This document shows positions 1-9,412 of a DNA stretch of 62,149 nt, piece by piece (position 1 is the first letter of the stretch; every line of letters starts with the position of its first letter). Source of the stretch: Candidatus Spyradenecus sp. Its GTDB lineage: Bacteria > Verrucomicrobiota > Kiritimatiellia > RFP12 > DVOR01. The position numbers were made by a program, and so were the translations under genes. The stretch lies in the NCBI GenBank assembly GCA_051884775.1, contig JBJEVY010000076.1, forward strand, positions 1 through 62,149. Direction: 5' to 3'. The notes beneath the pieces were generated by a model, which saw only the letters and a list, made by a program, of their open reading frames with translations, was not told the origin of the DNA and searched no databases.

Positions 1-1004
1 CATAGCTGCGCGCCGATGCTCCGCTCACTCATCCACTGGAAGTGGCGCTGCGTGAAGAAGCCCAACACCACCCCCAACCGCGGCTTATCGCCAGCTGCCT
101 TGCCTGCAATCGCCTCAAGCACTGCCGGCTGAACCGTAACGGTGCGGATTGGAGCCTCGGGCTGAACGAAGGGGCGGACCTGCAGCGTCACCGGGGCCAG
201 CGGGTCGGTGCGCTCCTGGATCTGGGCAAAGTGGGTGAAGGGTTCACCATTGACCGTGAGGATGACCTCGCCGGCCTGGAGCCCAGCCTGCGCAGCCGGG
301 GTATCGGGGGAAACCTCGGAGATGCCCAGCTCAAGCGGGCCGCGCATCACCCCGCCAATCGTCCACATCCCTGAATCGGCATCGCCCAGGGGTGTATCGA
401 GCACGGTGACAATCTCCCGCGCCTCGCCGCCGCGGTCAATCGTCAGGCGGACCGTGTCATTACTGCCGCCTGCGAGCATACATTCGGTCATCACATCCGA
501 CCACGACTGTACTGCGCGCCCTTCAACCGTCAAAATCCGGTCTTTCACGCGCAGTCCGGCCTCCCAGGCGTTGCTCTTGGGCTCCACGTAGCCAATCTCG
601 GTGGAGGCACCCGTGGCCTCGGGCGGGGCGAACCAGGCAATGGCACAGGCGCAGAGGAGGGCCAGCACCACATTGCCCATGGGCCCAGCCACGGCTACGA
701 GGATACGCTTCCAGGGCTTTGCCGGGGGCAGATGCTCCCCGCCGCCCTGCAGCTTCTCCATCCCTTCAGGGTCAAGCTGCGGCAGGGAGACGTAGCCGCC
801 GAAGGGAATCGCCGAGAAGCGCACCTCGGTGCTGCCCAGCTGCCGCTTCCAGAGCGCCGGGCCGAAGCCGATCGAGAAGACATCCGCGCGCAGGCCCAAC
901 AGCCGCGCCACGACGAAGTGGCCCAGCTCGTGGATAAAGACGGCCAGACTAAAGAGCACCAGCGCCAGCACAATCGAGATTGGCCAGAGGAGATAAGCGG
1001 GCAT
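1..1004 (-). CDS. rseP: RIP metalloprotease RseP (M50, PDZ), 3'-truncated by window edge
   Basis: Not in the ORF track because it runs off the window. Manual translation from ATG 1004: MPAYLLWPISIVLALVLFSLAVFIHELGHF..FSIGFGP..AIPFGGYV..VAVAGPMGN, giving the HExxH and GGYV motifs. Confidence 0.9.
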   Translation of the reverse strand, partial: MPAYLLWPISIVLALVLFSLAVFIHELGHFVVARLLGLRADVFSIGFGPALWKRQLGSTEVRFSAIPFGGYVSLPQLDPEGMEKLQGGGEHLPPAKPWKRILVAVAGPMGNVVLALLCACAIAWFAPPEATGASTEIGYVEPKSNAWEAGLRVKDRILTVEGRAVQSWSDVMTECMLAGGSNDTVRLTIDRGGEAREIVTVLDTPLGDADSGMWTIGGVMRGPLELGISEVSPDTPAAQAGLQAGEVILTVNGEPFTHFAQIQERTDPLAPVTLQVRPFVQPEAPIRTVTVQPAVLEAIAGKAAGDKPRLGVVLGFFTQRHFQWMSERSIGAQL

Positions 1005-1019
1005 AGAATCCTTTCGGTA

Positions 1020-1826
1020 TTAGACTTCCAGCGCTTCAAGGAAGCGTTCGCGGTTTCGGAAGCGCGCAATGTGCGTGTAACCCACGCGGGCGAGCAACTC
1101 ATAGGCGCGGGTGAAGTTGGCACAGACGAAGCGGGCACGATGGGCATCGGCCGAGACGGTGACAGGGATTTCGCGGTAACGGCAGGCGCGCAAGATGGCC
1201 TCGCTTGGGTAACACTCCTTGCAATCCTTGGCCCAACCGGAGGTGTTCAACTCCACAGTCATATCTGCGGCCTTGATGGCATCGAGCGCATCGCGAATGA
1301 GAGGCGTGATATCTTCAGTGGGGTAGAAGTCGAACTTCTTAATCAGGTCAAGGTGGCCGGCAATGTTAAAGAGACCGCTTTCGGCCATTTCGCGCACAGT
1401 AATCCAGTAACGCCGATTTGCGGCATTGACCTCTTCTTCCGTGAACTTTTCCCAGTAAGCGCGTGAGGAATCGAAACTTTCGCAGCCGAGGTAGTGCACC
1501 GAGCCGATGGCGTAATCCAGCCGCGGGTCATTCGCCATCGGGGCAAGCCACTCGGCCGACCCATCGAGCCAGTCGAACTCCATTCCGGTGCGGATTTCCA
1601 TTCGGCCACGCCTGGCCAACGAGGCGAGTACATCGAAGTAACGCTGCTCCAAGTGCGGCTGCATCGCCCACTCGGGCACCTTCTCAACCTTTGGCGCATC
1701 GCGGTAGTAGTGGTCGGCAAAGCCGAGAATCTCGACCCCTTGGTCAAGGGCAATCCAGTAGAACTCCTCGGGATTCTCTGCCCCATCGCTGAAGGAGGTG
1801 TGGTTGTGGTAGGAGGCTTTCTTCAT
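1020..1826 (-). CDS. Histidinol-phosphatase HisJ/HisK family (PHP domain)
   Basis: YHNHT, ADH, GMEFD, IGSVH, GHLDLIKK, ELNTSG and SADAH motifs. Confidence 0.85.
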   Translation of the reverse strand: MKKASYHNHTSFSDGAENPEEFYWIALDQGVEILGFADHYYRDAPKVEKVPEWAMQPHLEQRYFDVLASLARRGRMEIRTGMEFDWLDGSAEWLAPMANDPRLDYAIGSVHYLGCESFDSSRAYWEKFTEEEVNAANRRYWITVREMAESGLFNIAGHLDLIKKFDFYPTEDITPLIRDALDAIKAADMTVELNTSGWAKDCKECYPSEAILRACRYREIPVTVSADAHRARFVCANFTRAYELLARVGYTHIARFRNRERFLEALEV

Positions 1827-1828
1827 CC

Positions 1829-4081
1829 TTAGTGTCTCCCTTTGCCAGTAGCTCGCGGCCCTTTACCGCCACCGTGGCGTGGACCCTTTCCGCGACCACG
1901 GTCACGCCCGCGTGTTTTGGCGATGGCCGCCAGGCGCGTCTCTTCACCGTGGCGCCCGCCATTCCACACATCCACGGCCGAGCCCTGCATGTAGGCAAAG
2001 TCTAGCCGGCGGTTCGGGAAATCGACCTTCGCCACATAGACCTTGAGGTTCATCCCAGAGCGGATGGTCAGCTTGCCCACGCTCAAGCTCTCGCTGGTGG
2101 CGTTGAAGGTGACATACTGCCGGGAGATGCCGGCCACGTGGACCATCCCCGAGAGCTGCAAATCGATGACCTCCACGAAGAAGCCGAAGGGCTTGACGGC
2201 CACGACCACCGCGTCATAGACCTGCGGCTTGCGCGCATCGAGCTGCTCCTGCAGGAAGCGGTACTTCTTGATCTCCGTAAGGGCGCGCTCGGCTTCGTCG
2301 GCCAACTGTTCGCGCTCGGTGGCGCGGTTGGCGGCACGCTCCAACCAAGCCTTGCCGGGTTGCGCGCGCGTGTTCCCCTCCAGGTAGGCCGCCAACTGCC
2401 GGTGGAGCACCAGGTCGGGATAGCGCCGGATGGGCGAGGTGAAGTGGGAGTAGTAGGTGAGGGCCAACCCAAAGTGCCCGTGCTGCTCGGCCGAGTAGAG
2501 CGCACGCTTCATCGAGCGCAACACCAGCGCGTGAATGTGGTATTTGAGCGGATGATCGGCCGTCTCGCGCAAGAGCGAAGCCAGGGCCTTGGGCTCGCGC
2601 AAGTCGCGCGGGCGAATGCCGAGCTTGCGCAGCTCGAGCTCCAGTTTGGCAATCTTCTCATCCTCCGGCGGCTCGTGCAGGCGGCTGATAATCGGCACTT
2701 GGTGGGTGAGCAGTTCGCGCGCCACCGCCTCGTTAGCCGCCACCATACAGCACTCAATGAGCTGATGGGATTCGTCGTTCGAGGCAGCGTGAATGCCCGT
2801 CATCCGCCCCTCGCTATCGAGGGTAATCTCCACCTCCTGCGAGGCCATCTCCAGGGCGTTATTCCGCTCGCGAATCTGCTTGAGCTGCCGCGTCAGCGCC
2901 AAGGTCTCCTTAAGCATCGGCTGGGTCCGTGGGTCGAGCGTGCCGCAGGCAATCTTCACCGGCCGATCTTCCAAGAGCGCAATTGCCTCCTCATAGGCCA
3001 AGCGCTGGGAGGAGCGAATGATACTCTTGGCGAACTGCGTTCCTACCACCTGCCCGCGTTCGTCGTAGGTCAGAAAGACCGAGAAGGTCAAGCGGTCCTC
3101 TCCAGGCATTAGCGAGCAGACGCTATTGGAGAGCTGCTCGGGCAACATCGGCACCACCTTGTCAATCAGGTAGACGCTCGTGCCGCGGCGGTAGGCCTCC
3201 TTGTCAAGCTCCGAGCCCGGGCGCACAAAGTGGCTCACATCGGCGATGTGTACGCCCAAGACTCGCCGCCCCTGCGCGTCGCGCTCCAGGCTGATGGCAT
3301 CATCGAAGTCGCGCGCCGTTGCCGGGTCAATCGTCAGGATAAAGCGGTCGCGCAAGTCCAGGCGCTTGCCCGGCTCGTGCAAGAGCGTGGCCACCTGCTC
3401 GGCTTCAGCCACCACTGTCTGACCGAAGGCCTCGGGCAGCTCATACTGCCGCAAAATCGCCACCGTGTCGAACGAGGGCTTGTCCGCCGGCCCAATCACT
3501 TCCAGCAACTCCGCCTCTAGCCTTTCACTGCGGCCTTCTCCGGCGCGCTGCACCCGCACCACCACGCGGTCCCCGGCCTTTGCGCCCTTCGGATCGGCTA
3601 ACACAAAGTCATTGCGGTAGACCGGATTGAGCGGCTCAACACTCCATCGATCGCCCACCTTACGCACCGTCCCCACCACATCGCGCACCGATTGCTCCTC
3701 AATCGTCCGCACCACCCCCACGGGGTCCGACCGCGTTCCCGGCCGATAGGCCACCGTTACCCGGTCGCCCTGAATGGCCTTGCCGACATCCTGACTCTCC
3801 ACAAAGACCTGCTTGCCAGTCTCTTCATCGGTGACAATGGCCGCGCCACTACGCGTCATCCGCACCGTTCCCGTCAGCAAGCCCGTCCCTTGACCAGCGC
3901 GGTAATATCCTCGCCGCTTCTCCACAATCTCCCCCGAGCGCACCATCTCGCGCAAGAGCCCATTCAGCCGCTTGGCCGCCTTCCCGCGCAACCCGAGCGT
4001 TTTAATAATCGCCGGCACGCAGAACACAGTCTCCGGCTCACTCTGAAACAGATACCTAATCGCTTGTTCTTCAATATTCAT
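1829..4081 (-). CDS. rnr: Ribonuclease R
   Basis: TIDPATARDFDDA, RGTSVY and HFTSPIRRYPDL motifs, S1 domain, basic C-terminal tail. Start set at ATG 4081. Confidence 0.93.
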   Translation of the reverse strand: MNIEEQAIRYLFQSEPETVFCVPAIIKTLGLRGKAAKRLNGLLREMVRSGEIVEKRRGYYRAGQGTGLLTGTVRMTRSGAAIVTDEETGKQVFVESQDVGKAIQGDRVTVAYRPGTRSDPVGVVRTIEEQSVRDVVGTVRKVGDRWSVEPLNPVYRNDFVLADPKGAKAGDRVVVRVQRAGEGRSERLEAELLEVIGPADKPSFDTVAILRQYELPEAFGQTVVAEAEQVATLLHEPGKRLDLRDRFILTIDPATARDFDDAISLERDAQGRRVLGVHIADVSHFVRPGSELDKEAYRRGTSVYLIDKVVPMLPEQLSNSVCSLMPGEDRLTFSVFLTYDERGQVVGTQFAKSIIRSSQRLAYEEAIALLEDRPVKIACGTLDPRTQPMLKETLALTRQLKQIRERNNALEMASQEVEITLDSEGRMTGIHAASNDESHQLIECCMVAANEAVARELLTHQVPIISRLHEPPEDEKIAKLELELRKLGIRPRDLREPKALASLLRETADHPLKYHIHALVLRSMKRALYSAEQHGHFGLALTYYSHFTSPIRRYPDLVLHRQLAAYLEGNTRAQPGKAWLERAANRATEREQLADEAERALTEIKKYRFLQEQLDARKPQVYDAVVVAVKPFGFFVEVIDLQLSGMVHVAGISRQYVTFNATSESLSVGKLTIRSGMNLKVYVAKVDFPNRRLDFAYMQGSAVDVWNGGRHGEETRLAAIAKTRGRDRGRGKGPRHGGGKGPRATGKGRH

Positions 4082-4088
4082 GCCCCAC

Positions 4089-4094
4089 AGTATA
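4089..4094 (-). promoter_or_regulatory. Extended -10 (TGgTATACT) 7 nt upstream of rnr ATG; likely leaderless promoter
   Basis: Minus strand reads atatggTATACTgtggggcATG, with no SD. Confidence 0.55.
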
Positions 4095-4218
4095 CCATAT
4101 CCCACGCCCCCGCGCTTGGGGAAATCATTAAGTGCGAGGCGTGTTTGCCGATAGACATTGTATATCGGCCTGTTTCGGCAGGCCGCGCATCTCGGGTGGA
4201 CTTTGCTCGTGGGGCAGG

Positions 4219-5913
4219 TTAGGGGGCGGGACGGCGGAGGCGGTAGTGCTTCTCCATCCCGTAGGGGAAGTTGTGGGGAAGGTAGTTGAGGACGCGCTGG
4301 TTGACCAGGGAGAAGTCGAGCGCGTAGTGGAGGAGGAGCCAGGGGCAGTCTTCAAGGACGAGGGCCTGGATTTTCTGCCAGCACTCGGAGATCTCGGCGG
4401 GGTCGCGCGAGGCAATGGCGATTTGATAGAGGCGGTCGACCTCGGGGTTGATATAGTTGGAGCGGTTGGGACCGGGAGATTGGTTGCGCGAGACGAAGAG
4501 TTGCATAAAGGTCTCGAGGTCGGGGTAGTCGCCCACCCAGCCCATGAGGAACATTTGGGCTTGGCGGCGGCGGATCTTCTCGAGCATTGCCTGCCAGGTG
4601 TTGACGGAGAGCTCGAGTTTGATGCCAATGGCGGCGAGGAAGGAGGCCACGAGCTCCATCGATTCGGTGGTGTCCTGCGTGGCGTTGCCAACTTCGAGGG
4701 TGAGGCGGAGGGGGGCGCCGGTCTTGGGGTCGATACCGCCTGGATAGCCGGCCTGGGCCAGGAGTGCTCGGGCCTTTTCGAGGTTGTAGGCGTAGGGGAA
4801 GGGGGCCGAACTGGCATCCTGAAGGTGGGGCGGGGCAACGGTGTTGAGGGCTTTGACGCGGCCGCGGTAGTAGGCTTCCCAACGGGCGGTGTCGAAGGCG
4901 GCGTTGAGGGCCTGGCGCAGGGGCTTGTTGGGGCCGAGGACGGGGTCGTCCATATTCAGGCCGATGTAGTAGACCTTGAGGGTGGGGGAGGTGAAGAGGC
5001 GGATGCCACGGGCCTGGAGGTCGGGGGAGAGCCCCATCTTGGGGTCGATGGCCAACTCCATATTGTTACGGTCGATCTGCTCAAGGAAGTCGAGCTGGCC
5101 GGTGAGGAGCATCAGCCACTGGGTAGAGGGGTCCTTGACGATAGGGTAGCGGATGGTCTCGAAGGGGACCTCGCTGTCGTGCTCGGGGTCGATGCCGGCC
5201 CAGCCGTACCACTCGGGGTTGCGGTCGAAAATCATTTCGTAGCCGCGCCACCAGCTGCGCAGGGTGTAGGCACCGGCACCGACGGGGTGCTCGGCCAGGC
5301 CGTGCTGACCGTAGGTGGCGACGGCTTCCGGCGGAACGGGGGACATGTAGGCCATCGTCAGGAACCAGAGGAACTGGTTGTTCGGGCGGGTGAGGCGGAC
5401 GCGGAGGGTGCGCGCGTCAAGGGCTTGGAGACCGGGCACATCGCGCGTATAGTCGGTTGCTTCGCCGGCAATGGAGGCTTCGGCAAAGGCTTCCATTCCC
5501 TCAATGTGCTTGACGAGCCATTCGCCCGAGCCACCGAGGCGGCGATCGGCCAAGCGTTTCCAACCGTAGACGAAGTCCGCGGCCGTCACTTGGCGGCGCT
5601 TGCCCTCGCCAAAGCAGGGGTCTGGGGCGTAGTAGGCTTCGCGCAAATGGAAGGTGTAGGTGGTGCCATCTTCGGAGACCTCGGGCATCGCCTCGGCGGC
5701 GGCGGGGACAAGGCGGTATGGACGCGCGGCGTAGTCGTATTCCAAGAGCGGCTCAAAGAGGAGCGACATCGCGCAGTTGACGCTGGTGTCGGCACCGAAG
5801 GCCGGGTCGAGGGTGTTCAGGGAGGGCTGCGCTCGGCGGAAGGTGCGGTCCTCGGCGGCCCCGGCAAGGAGGGCAAAGAGGAGGGCGGCCACAGCCAAGA
5901 GGTGGCGCTTCAT
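4219..5913 (-). CDS. ABC transporter substrate-binding protein, family 5 (OppA/DppA-like)
   Basis: Signal peptide MKRHLLAVAALLFALLAGA; LDPA, TYTFHLR, VTAADFVY, PVGAGAY and GWVGDYPD motifs. ATGA overlap with the queC stop. Confidence 0.88.
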   Translation of the reverse strand: MKRHLLAVAALLFALLAGAAEDRTFRRAQPSLNTLDPAFGADTSVNCAMSLLFEPLLEYDYAARPYRLVPAAAEAMPEVSEDGTTYTFHLREAYYAPDPCFGEGKRRQVTAADFVYGWKRLADRRLGGSGEWLVKHIEGMEAFAEASIAGEATDYTRDVPGLQALDARTLRVRLTRPNNQFLWFLTMAYMSPVPPEAVATYGQHGLAEHPVGAGAYTLRSWWRGYEMIFDRNPEWYGWAGIDPEHDSEVPFETIRYPIVKDPSTQWLMLLTGQLDFLEQIDRNNMELAIDPKMGLSPDLQARGIRLFTSPTLKVYYIGLNMDDPVLGPNKPLRQALNAAFDTARWEAYYRGRVKALNTVAPPHLQDASSAPFPYAYNLEKARALLAQAGYPGGIDPKTGAPLRLTLEVGNATQDTTESMELVASFLAAIGIKLELSVNTWQAMLEKIRRRQAQMFLMGWVGDYPDLETFMQLFVSRNQSPGPNRSNYINPEVDRLYQIAIASRDPAEISECWQKIQALVLEDCPWLLLHYALDFSLVNQRVLNYLPHNFPYGMEKHYRLRRPAP

Positions 5914-6590
5914 AGGCGCGCGCCCTTGGTGCGGAGGTATTCGGCTAGGCCGGCAGCGCGGAGTTTGCAGGCGGGGCACTGACTGCAGCCGTCGCCAGGG
6001 ATGCCTTCGTAGCAGGTGAGAGTGCGTGTGCGGATGTAGTCTAGGCAGCCCAAGCGGTCGGCCAAGGCCCACTCTTGGGCTTTGGTGAGGTGCTGGAGGG
6101 GAGCGTAGAGGGTGAAGGAGCAATCCATCGCCAGGTTGAGGGTGGCGTTCATCGAGCGGATGAAGGGCTCGCGACAGTCGGGGTAGCCGCTGTAATCGGC
6201 ATCGCTCACGCCGATCATCAGCTCGGTGATGCCGCGGCTCTTGGCGTAGATGGCGGCTGTGAGGAGGAAGAGGGCGTTGCGGCCTTCCACGAAGGTGTTG
6301 GGGAAGGGGGCGCCGGCCTCGCGACCGATGGGCATGGAGCTATCCAGGAGCGAGTTGTGGGTGATGTCGCGATACCAATCAACGGCGATGACTTTGTGCG
6401 AGGCGATGTGCTGTTCGCGGGCAATGTTGGTGGCGAGCTGCACCTCGAGCGCGTGGCGCTGGCCGTAATCGAAGGTGACGGCGTGGACCTTGTCGGCCCC
6501 GCGTTCGGCGATGGCCTTCATGAGGCAGATGGTGCTGTCCTGCCCGCCGGAGAAGATGACGAGGATGGGGTTCACGGTTGGGCCCTCCAT
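5910..6590 (-). CDS. queC: 7-cyano-7-deazaguanine synthase
   Basis: FSGGQDST, FDYGQRH, TFVEGRN, YSGYPDCR and TLTCY..GC..CPAC motifs. Confidence 0.95.
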   Translation of the reverse strand: MEGPTVNPILVIFSGGQDSTICLMKAIAERGADKVHAVTFDYGQRHALEVQLATNIAREQHIASHKVIAVDWYRDITHNSLLDSSMPIGREAGAPFPNTFVEGRNALFLLTAAIYAKSRGITELMIGVSDADYSGYPDCREPFIRSMNATLNLAMDCSFTLYAPLQHLTKAQEWALADRLGCLDYIRTRTLTCYEGIPGDGCSQCPACKLRAAGLAEYLRTKGARL

Positions 6591-7480
6591 TAACGGTTGT
6601 CAACGCGCTCAGGCGCGAGGTCGTGCATCAGCAGGCGCTGGCGGGCGAACTCCTCCCAGCGGGTGGAGGGGCGGCCATAGTTGGCGTAGGGGTCGATAGA
6701 GAGGCCGCCGCGCGGCATAAACTTACCCCAGACTTCGATGTAGCGCGGGGCGAGCAGGCGCACGAGGTCGTTCAAAATCATGTTCACGCAATCTTCGTGG
6801 AAGGCGCCATGGTTGCGGAAGCTGAAGAGGTAGAGTTTGAGGGACTTGCTCTCGACAATCTTGCGGTCGGGGATGTAACTGATGTAGAGGGTGGCGAAGT
6901 CCGGCTGGCCGGTGATGGGGCAGAGGGAGGTGAACTCCGGGCAGTTGAACTTGACAAAGAAGTCGGTGCCCGGGTGGCGATTCTCAAAGGCTTCGAGGAT
7001 GGCCGGGGTGTAGTGGTCGCTATAGACGGTGGATTTGGCGCCCAAGAGCGTCAGGCCACGCGTCTGGGGGCCCATCGGCTGGGGCTTCTCGGCCGGGGAT
7101 TGGGGTTGTTGAGCCTGTTGACGGCGCTCTTCGCGGCGCTGACGGCGCTCCTCCCGGCGGCGCTCTTCCCGCGAGCGGCGCGGATTGGGTTGCTCGGCCA
7201 CCGGCGGCTGTTCGGGGAGCGGCTCGGCGGCGGGCGCTTCGGGCGCGGGCTGCGGCTGTGGATCGGGAGCCGATGGGGGGGGCACTTCGGCAACGGCCGG
7301 CGACTCGATGGGCTGGGGCACGGACGGCTCGGGCATCGCGGGGAGCGGTTCGGCGGCGGGCGGCTGTTCGGACGGGACCTCGGCGATGGGCGCTTCGGGC
7401 GGTTGCTTGATCTGAGCTGGCGTGCGGCGGGGAGAGCGGGGCTTAGCAACGCGGCGCCCGGGGGGCGTGGGTGTATTCAT
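6590..7480 (-). CDS. queF: preQ1 synthase (type I QueF) with long Pro/Glu/Arg-rich N-terminal extension
   Basis: [32 protein letters not shown] and PRGG motifs. Core begins near ATG 7075; frame is open to ATG 7480. Confidence 0.9.
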   Translation of the reverse strand: MNTPTPPGRRVAKPRSPRRTPAQIKQPPEAPIAEVPSEQPPAAEPLPAMPEPSVPQPIESPAVAEVPPPSAPDPQPQPAPEAPAAEPLPEQPPVAEQPNPRRSREERRREERRQRREERRQQAQQPQSPAEKPQPMGPQTRGLTLLGAKSTVYSDHYTPAILEAFENRHPGTDFFVKFNCPEFTSLCPITGQPDFATLYISYIPDRKIVESKSLKLYLFSFRNHGAFHEDCVNMILNDLVRLLAPRYIEVWGKFMPRGGLSIDPYANYGRPSTRWEEFARQRLLMHDLAPERVDNR

Positions 7481-7502
7481 AACAGGACTTTCTTTCAAGG
7501 GG

Positions 7503-7958
7503 TTAAGCCTGCGGCGGCACTTCAAGCAGGAAAGTGCAGGGGCCATCGTTGAGCAGGCGGACTTTCATATCGGCACCGAAGCGGCCGGTTCCCAGGCGCT
7601 CGCCGAGGGTCTCGCGCAGCTTGGCGCAGCACCAATCGTAGAGCGGTTCGGCCACCTCCGGGCGCGCGGCGGTTGAAAAACCGGGGCGGTTGCCGGATGC
7701 GGTGTCGGCATAGAGGGTGAATTGGGAGACGAGGATGACGCTACCGTTGACATCAAGCACCGAGCGGTTCATCGCCCCGTGCTCATCCTCGAAAATGCGG
7801 AGTTTCAAGAGCTTGGCGCAGAGCTTCGCGGCCTGCGCCTGCGTGTCGCCGGGGGCCACACCGCAGAGGACGAGCAGGCCGGGCCCTTGAAAGGCGGAGA
7901 TCTGCTCCCCCTCAACGGTGACGGAGGCTTCGGTGACACGTTGGACCAGTAGTCTCAT
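7503..7958 (-). CDS. dtd: D-aminoacyl-tRNA deacylase
   Basis: [19 protein letters not shown] and NDGP motifs. Confidence 0.95.
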   Translation of the reverse strand: MRLLVQRVTEASVTVEGEQISAFQGPGLLVLCGVAPGDTQAQAAKLCAKLLKLRIFEDEHGAMNRSVLDVNGSVILVSQFTLYADTASGNRPGFSTAARPEVAEPLYDWCCAKLRETLGERLGTGRFGADMKVRLLNDGPCTFLLEVPPQA

Positions 7959-8251
7959 AACTCCTCCTTGGACCCCGGTTGGGGCTTTTGGGCAAGCTGT
8001 TGCAGGGCGTAGCGGAAGTTCATCGGGGCTACGCGCAGGCTGTTATAGCGGATGTGCAACACGTGCGCTTGAAGCGTCACCTCAGGAGGCGTTTGCCAAT
8101 CAAGCGCAACCACAGCGGCCACTGCTTCGGCTTCGGCCACCCCTTCGGGCAGCGGAAGCTCCACGGTGCGCCAATCCTCCTGCCGGCAGCCGCTCGCAAG
8201 GGCGGTCAGCAATAGACAGAGGAAGAGGATGCGGCACATCGGGGCGTTCAC
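7955..8251 (-). CDS. Small putative lipoprotein
   Basis: Hydrophobic stretch plus lipobox LASGC; fills the gap between ftsZ and dtd. Start could be ATG 8239. Confidence 0.65.
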   Translation of the reverse strand: MNAPMCRILFLCLLLTALASGCRQEDWRTVELPLPEGVAEAEAVAAVVALDWQTPPEVTLQAHVLHIRYNSLRVAPMNFRYALQQLAQKPQPGSKEEL

Positions 8252-8257
8252 GGCAGG

Positions 8258-9409
8258 TCAGCGGTTCAGGCGGATGCCCCGGCGGCGGTAAGTCGGCTCG
8301 TCGAGGTCCTGGCCGTGATAGATGGTGTGCTCCACATCGTTGAAGCGGTCCTTGACCACGCCCAGCTGCGGCGCATTGCGGGTGCTCTTGCGTTTAGAGG
8401 CCTTCTTGCCTCCTTCGGTGAGGAGCATTTCGGGCTTTTCGGCAATGTCCGCGCCCGGCAGCGAGAAGGCAATGATCACCACCGAGAGTGCACCCTCCGC
8501 CGGAGCTAAACGCGAGGTGCCCAGGAGCACTTCGCGGGCCTCCTGGCAGTGCGCGCGCACACCATCCATTAGGGTGCCGAGCTCGCACAGGCGCAGGTCG
8601 TCGCCCGCCAGAACCCCCACCAACACTTGTGTGGCATTGGCCAGACGGTCGACCCCCTCGGGGCGGAAGCGCGGGCTGGAGAGGAGCGCCTGCAGAGCGG
8701 TTTCAGCGCGGTTCTCGCCCGAACAGGTGATGTCGGCGAAGGTGCACGGCAACCCACTTCCGGAACTTCCCGAGAGCAAGCGCAGAAAGCGCTCGATATC
8801 AAAGGCAATGAAGGCCGGGTGGGCTAGAAGCGAACCGAAGAGCGTAATGCCCGCTGCCAAACGTTGGGCAACCGCGCGAAAGGCTTCATCTGCCGGACGC
8901 GAGAGTTGCGCTTCGGAGAGGAGTGAATCGAGCGGGACGCGCGCAAAGGCATCTGAGGCCGAGGCAATGGTATTGAGCATCACGGTGGCGCACTGTCGGC
9001 GGTCCGCCCCCTCGAAGGCGAAGGGTTCGGTGGCGAAGGTCATCGTGGCTACGCCCTGATTCCGCAACATCTCTAGCAGGCAGGGGACGGCCCCGGAGGT
9101 TCCGCCGCCACAGCAGGTGAGCACGATGGCCAGGCGCGGCGTGCCGATTTGCGCAAGCACGAGCGTTGCATCATCACGCAACGCACCCGAGCCGAGCGAA
9201 CGGTCCCCGCCGGTGCCGCGGCCAGCCAGACGCTTGGCGCCGAAGATGGTGGCCGAGAGTCCAGTGGCGGGTGTCAGCGTCTGCAACACGGCATCATCGG
9301 TATCCAGGATGAGGGTGCGAATCGGCGTAGGGGAGGATTCGGCAATCTGTCGGGCAATGGTGGCGGCTGCCCCACCCACAGCGATAAAGAGGAGGTCTTC
9401 GACTTTCAT
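8258..9409 (-). CDS. ftsZ: Divergent FtsZ
   Basis: Directly downstream of ftsA; AVGG, DTD, GRGTGG, GGGTSG, PFAFEG..R, GENRA and SSP motifs; C-terminal DLDEPTYRRR peptide. Confidence 0.85.
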   Translation of the reverse strand: MKVEDLLFIAVGGAAATIARQIAESSPTPIRTLILDTDDAVLQTLTPATGLSATIFGAKRLAGRGTGGDRSLGSGALRDDATLVLAQIGTPRLAIVLTCCGGGTSGAVPCLLEMLRNQGVATMTFATEPFAFEGADRRQCATVMLNTIASASDAFARVPLDSLLSEAQLSRPADEAFRAVAQRLAAGITLFGSLLAHPAFIAFDIERFLRLLSGSSGSGLPCTFADITCSGENRAETALQALLSSPRFRPEGVDRLANATQVLVGVLAGDDLRLCELGTLMDGVRAHCQEAREVLLGTSRLAPAEGALSVVIIAFSLPGADIAEKPEMLLTEGGKKASKRKSTRNAPQLGVVKDRFNDVEHTIYHGQDLDEPTYRRRGIRLNR

Positions 9410-9412
9410 CTC

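Noticed and set aside
4132-5982. Long antisense ORFs (e.g. 4132-5982+, 35663-37381-, 55240-56952+, 58036-60030+)
   Set aside because: They are shadow frames opposite well-supported genes in GC-rich DNA and carry no recognisable motifs.
7076-7502. preQ1 riboswitch upstream of queF
   Set aside because: No recognisable preQ1 aptamer or A-rich tail; the region is an open frame continuous with queF.
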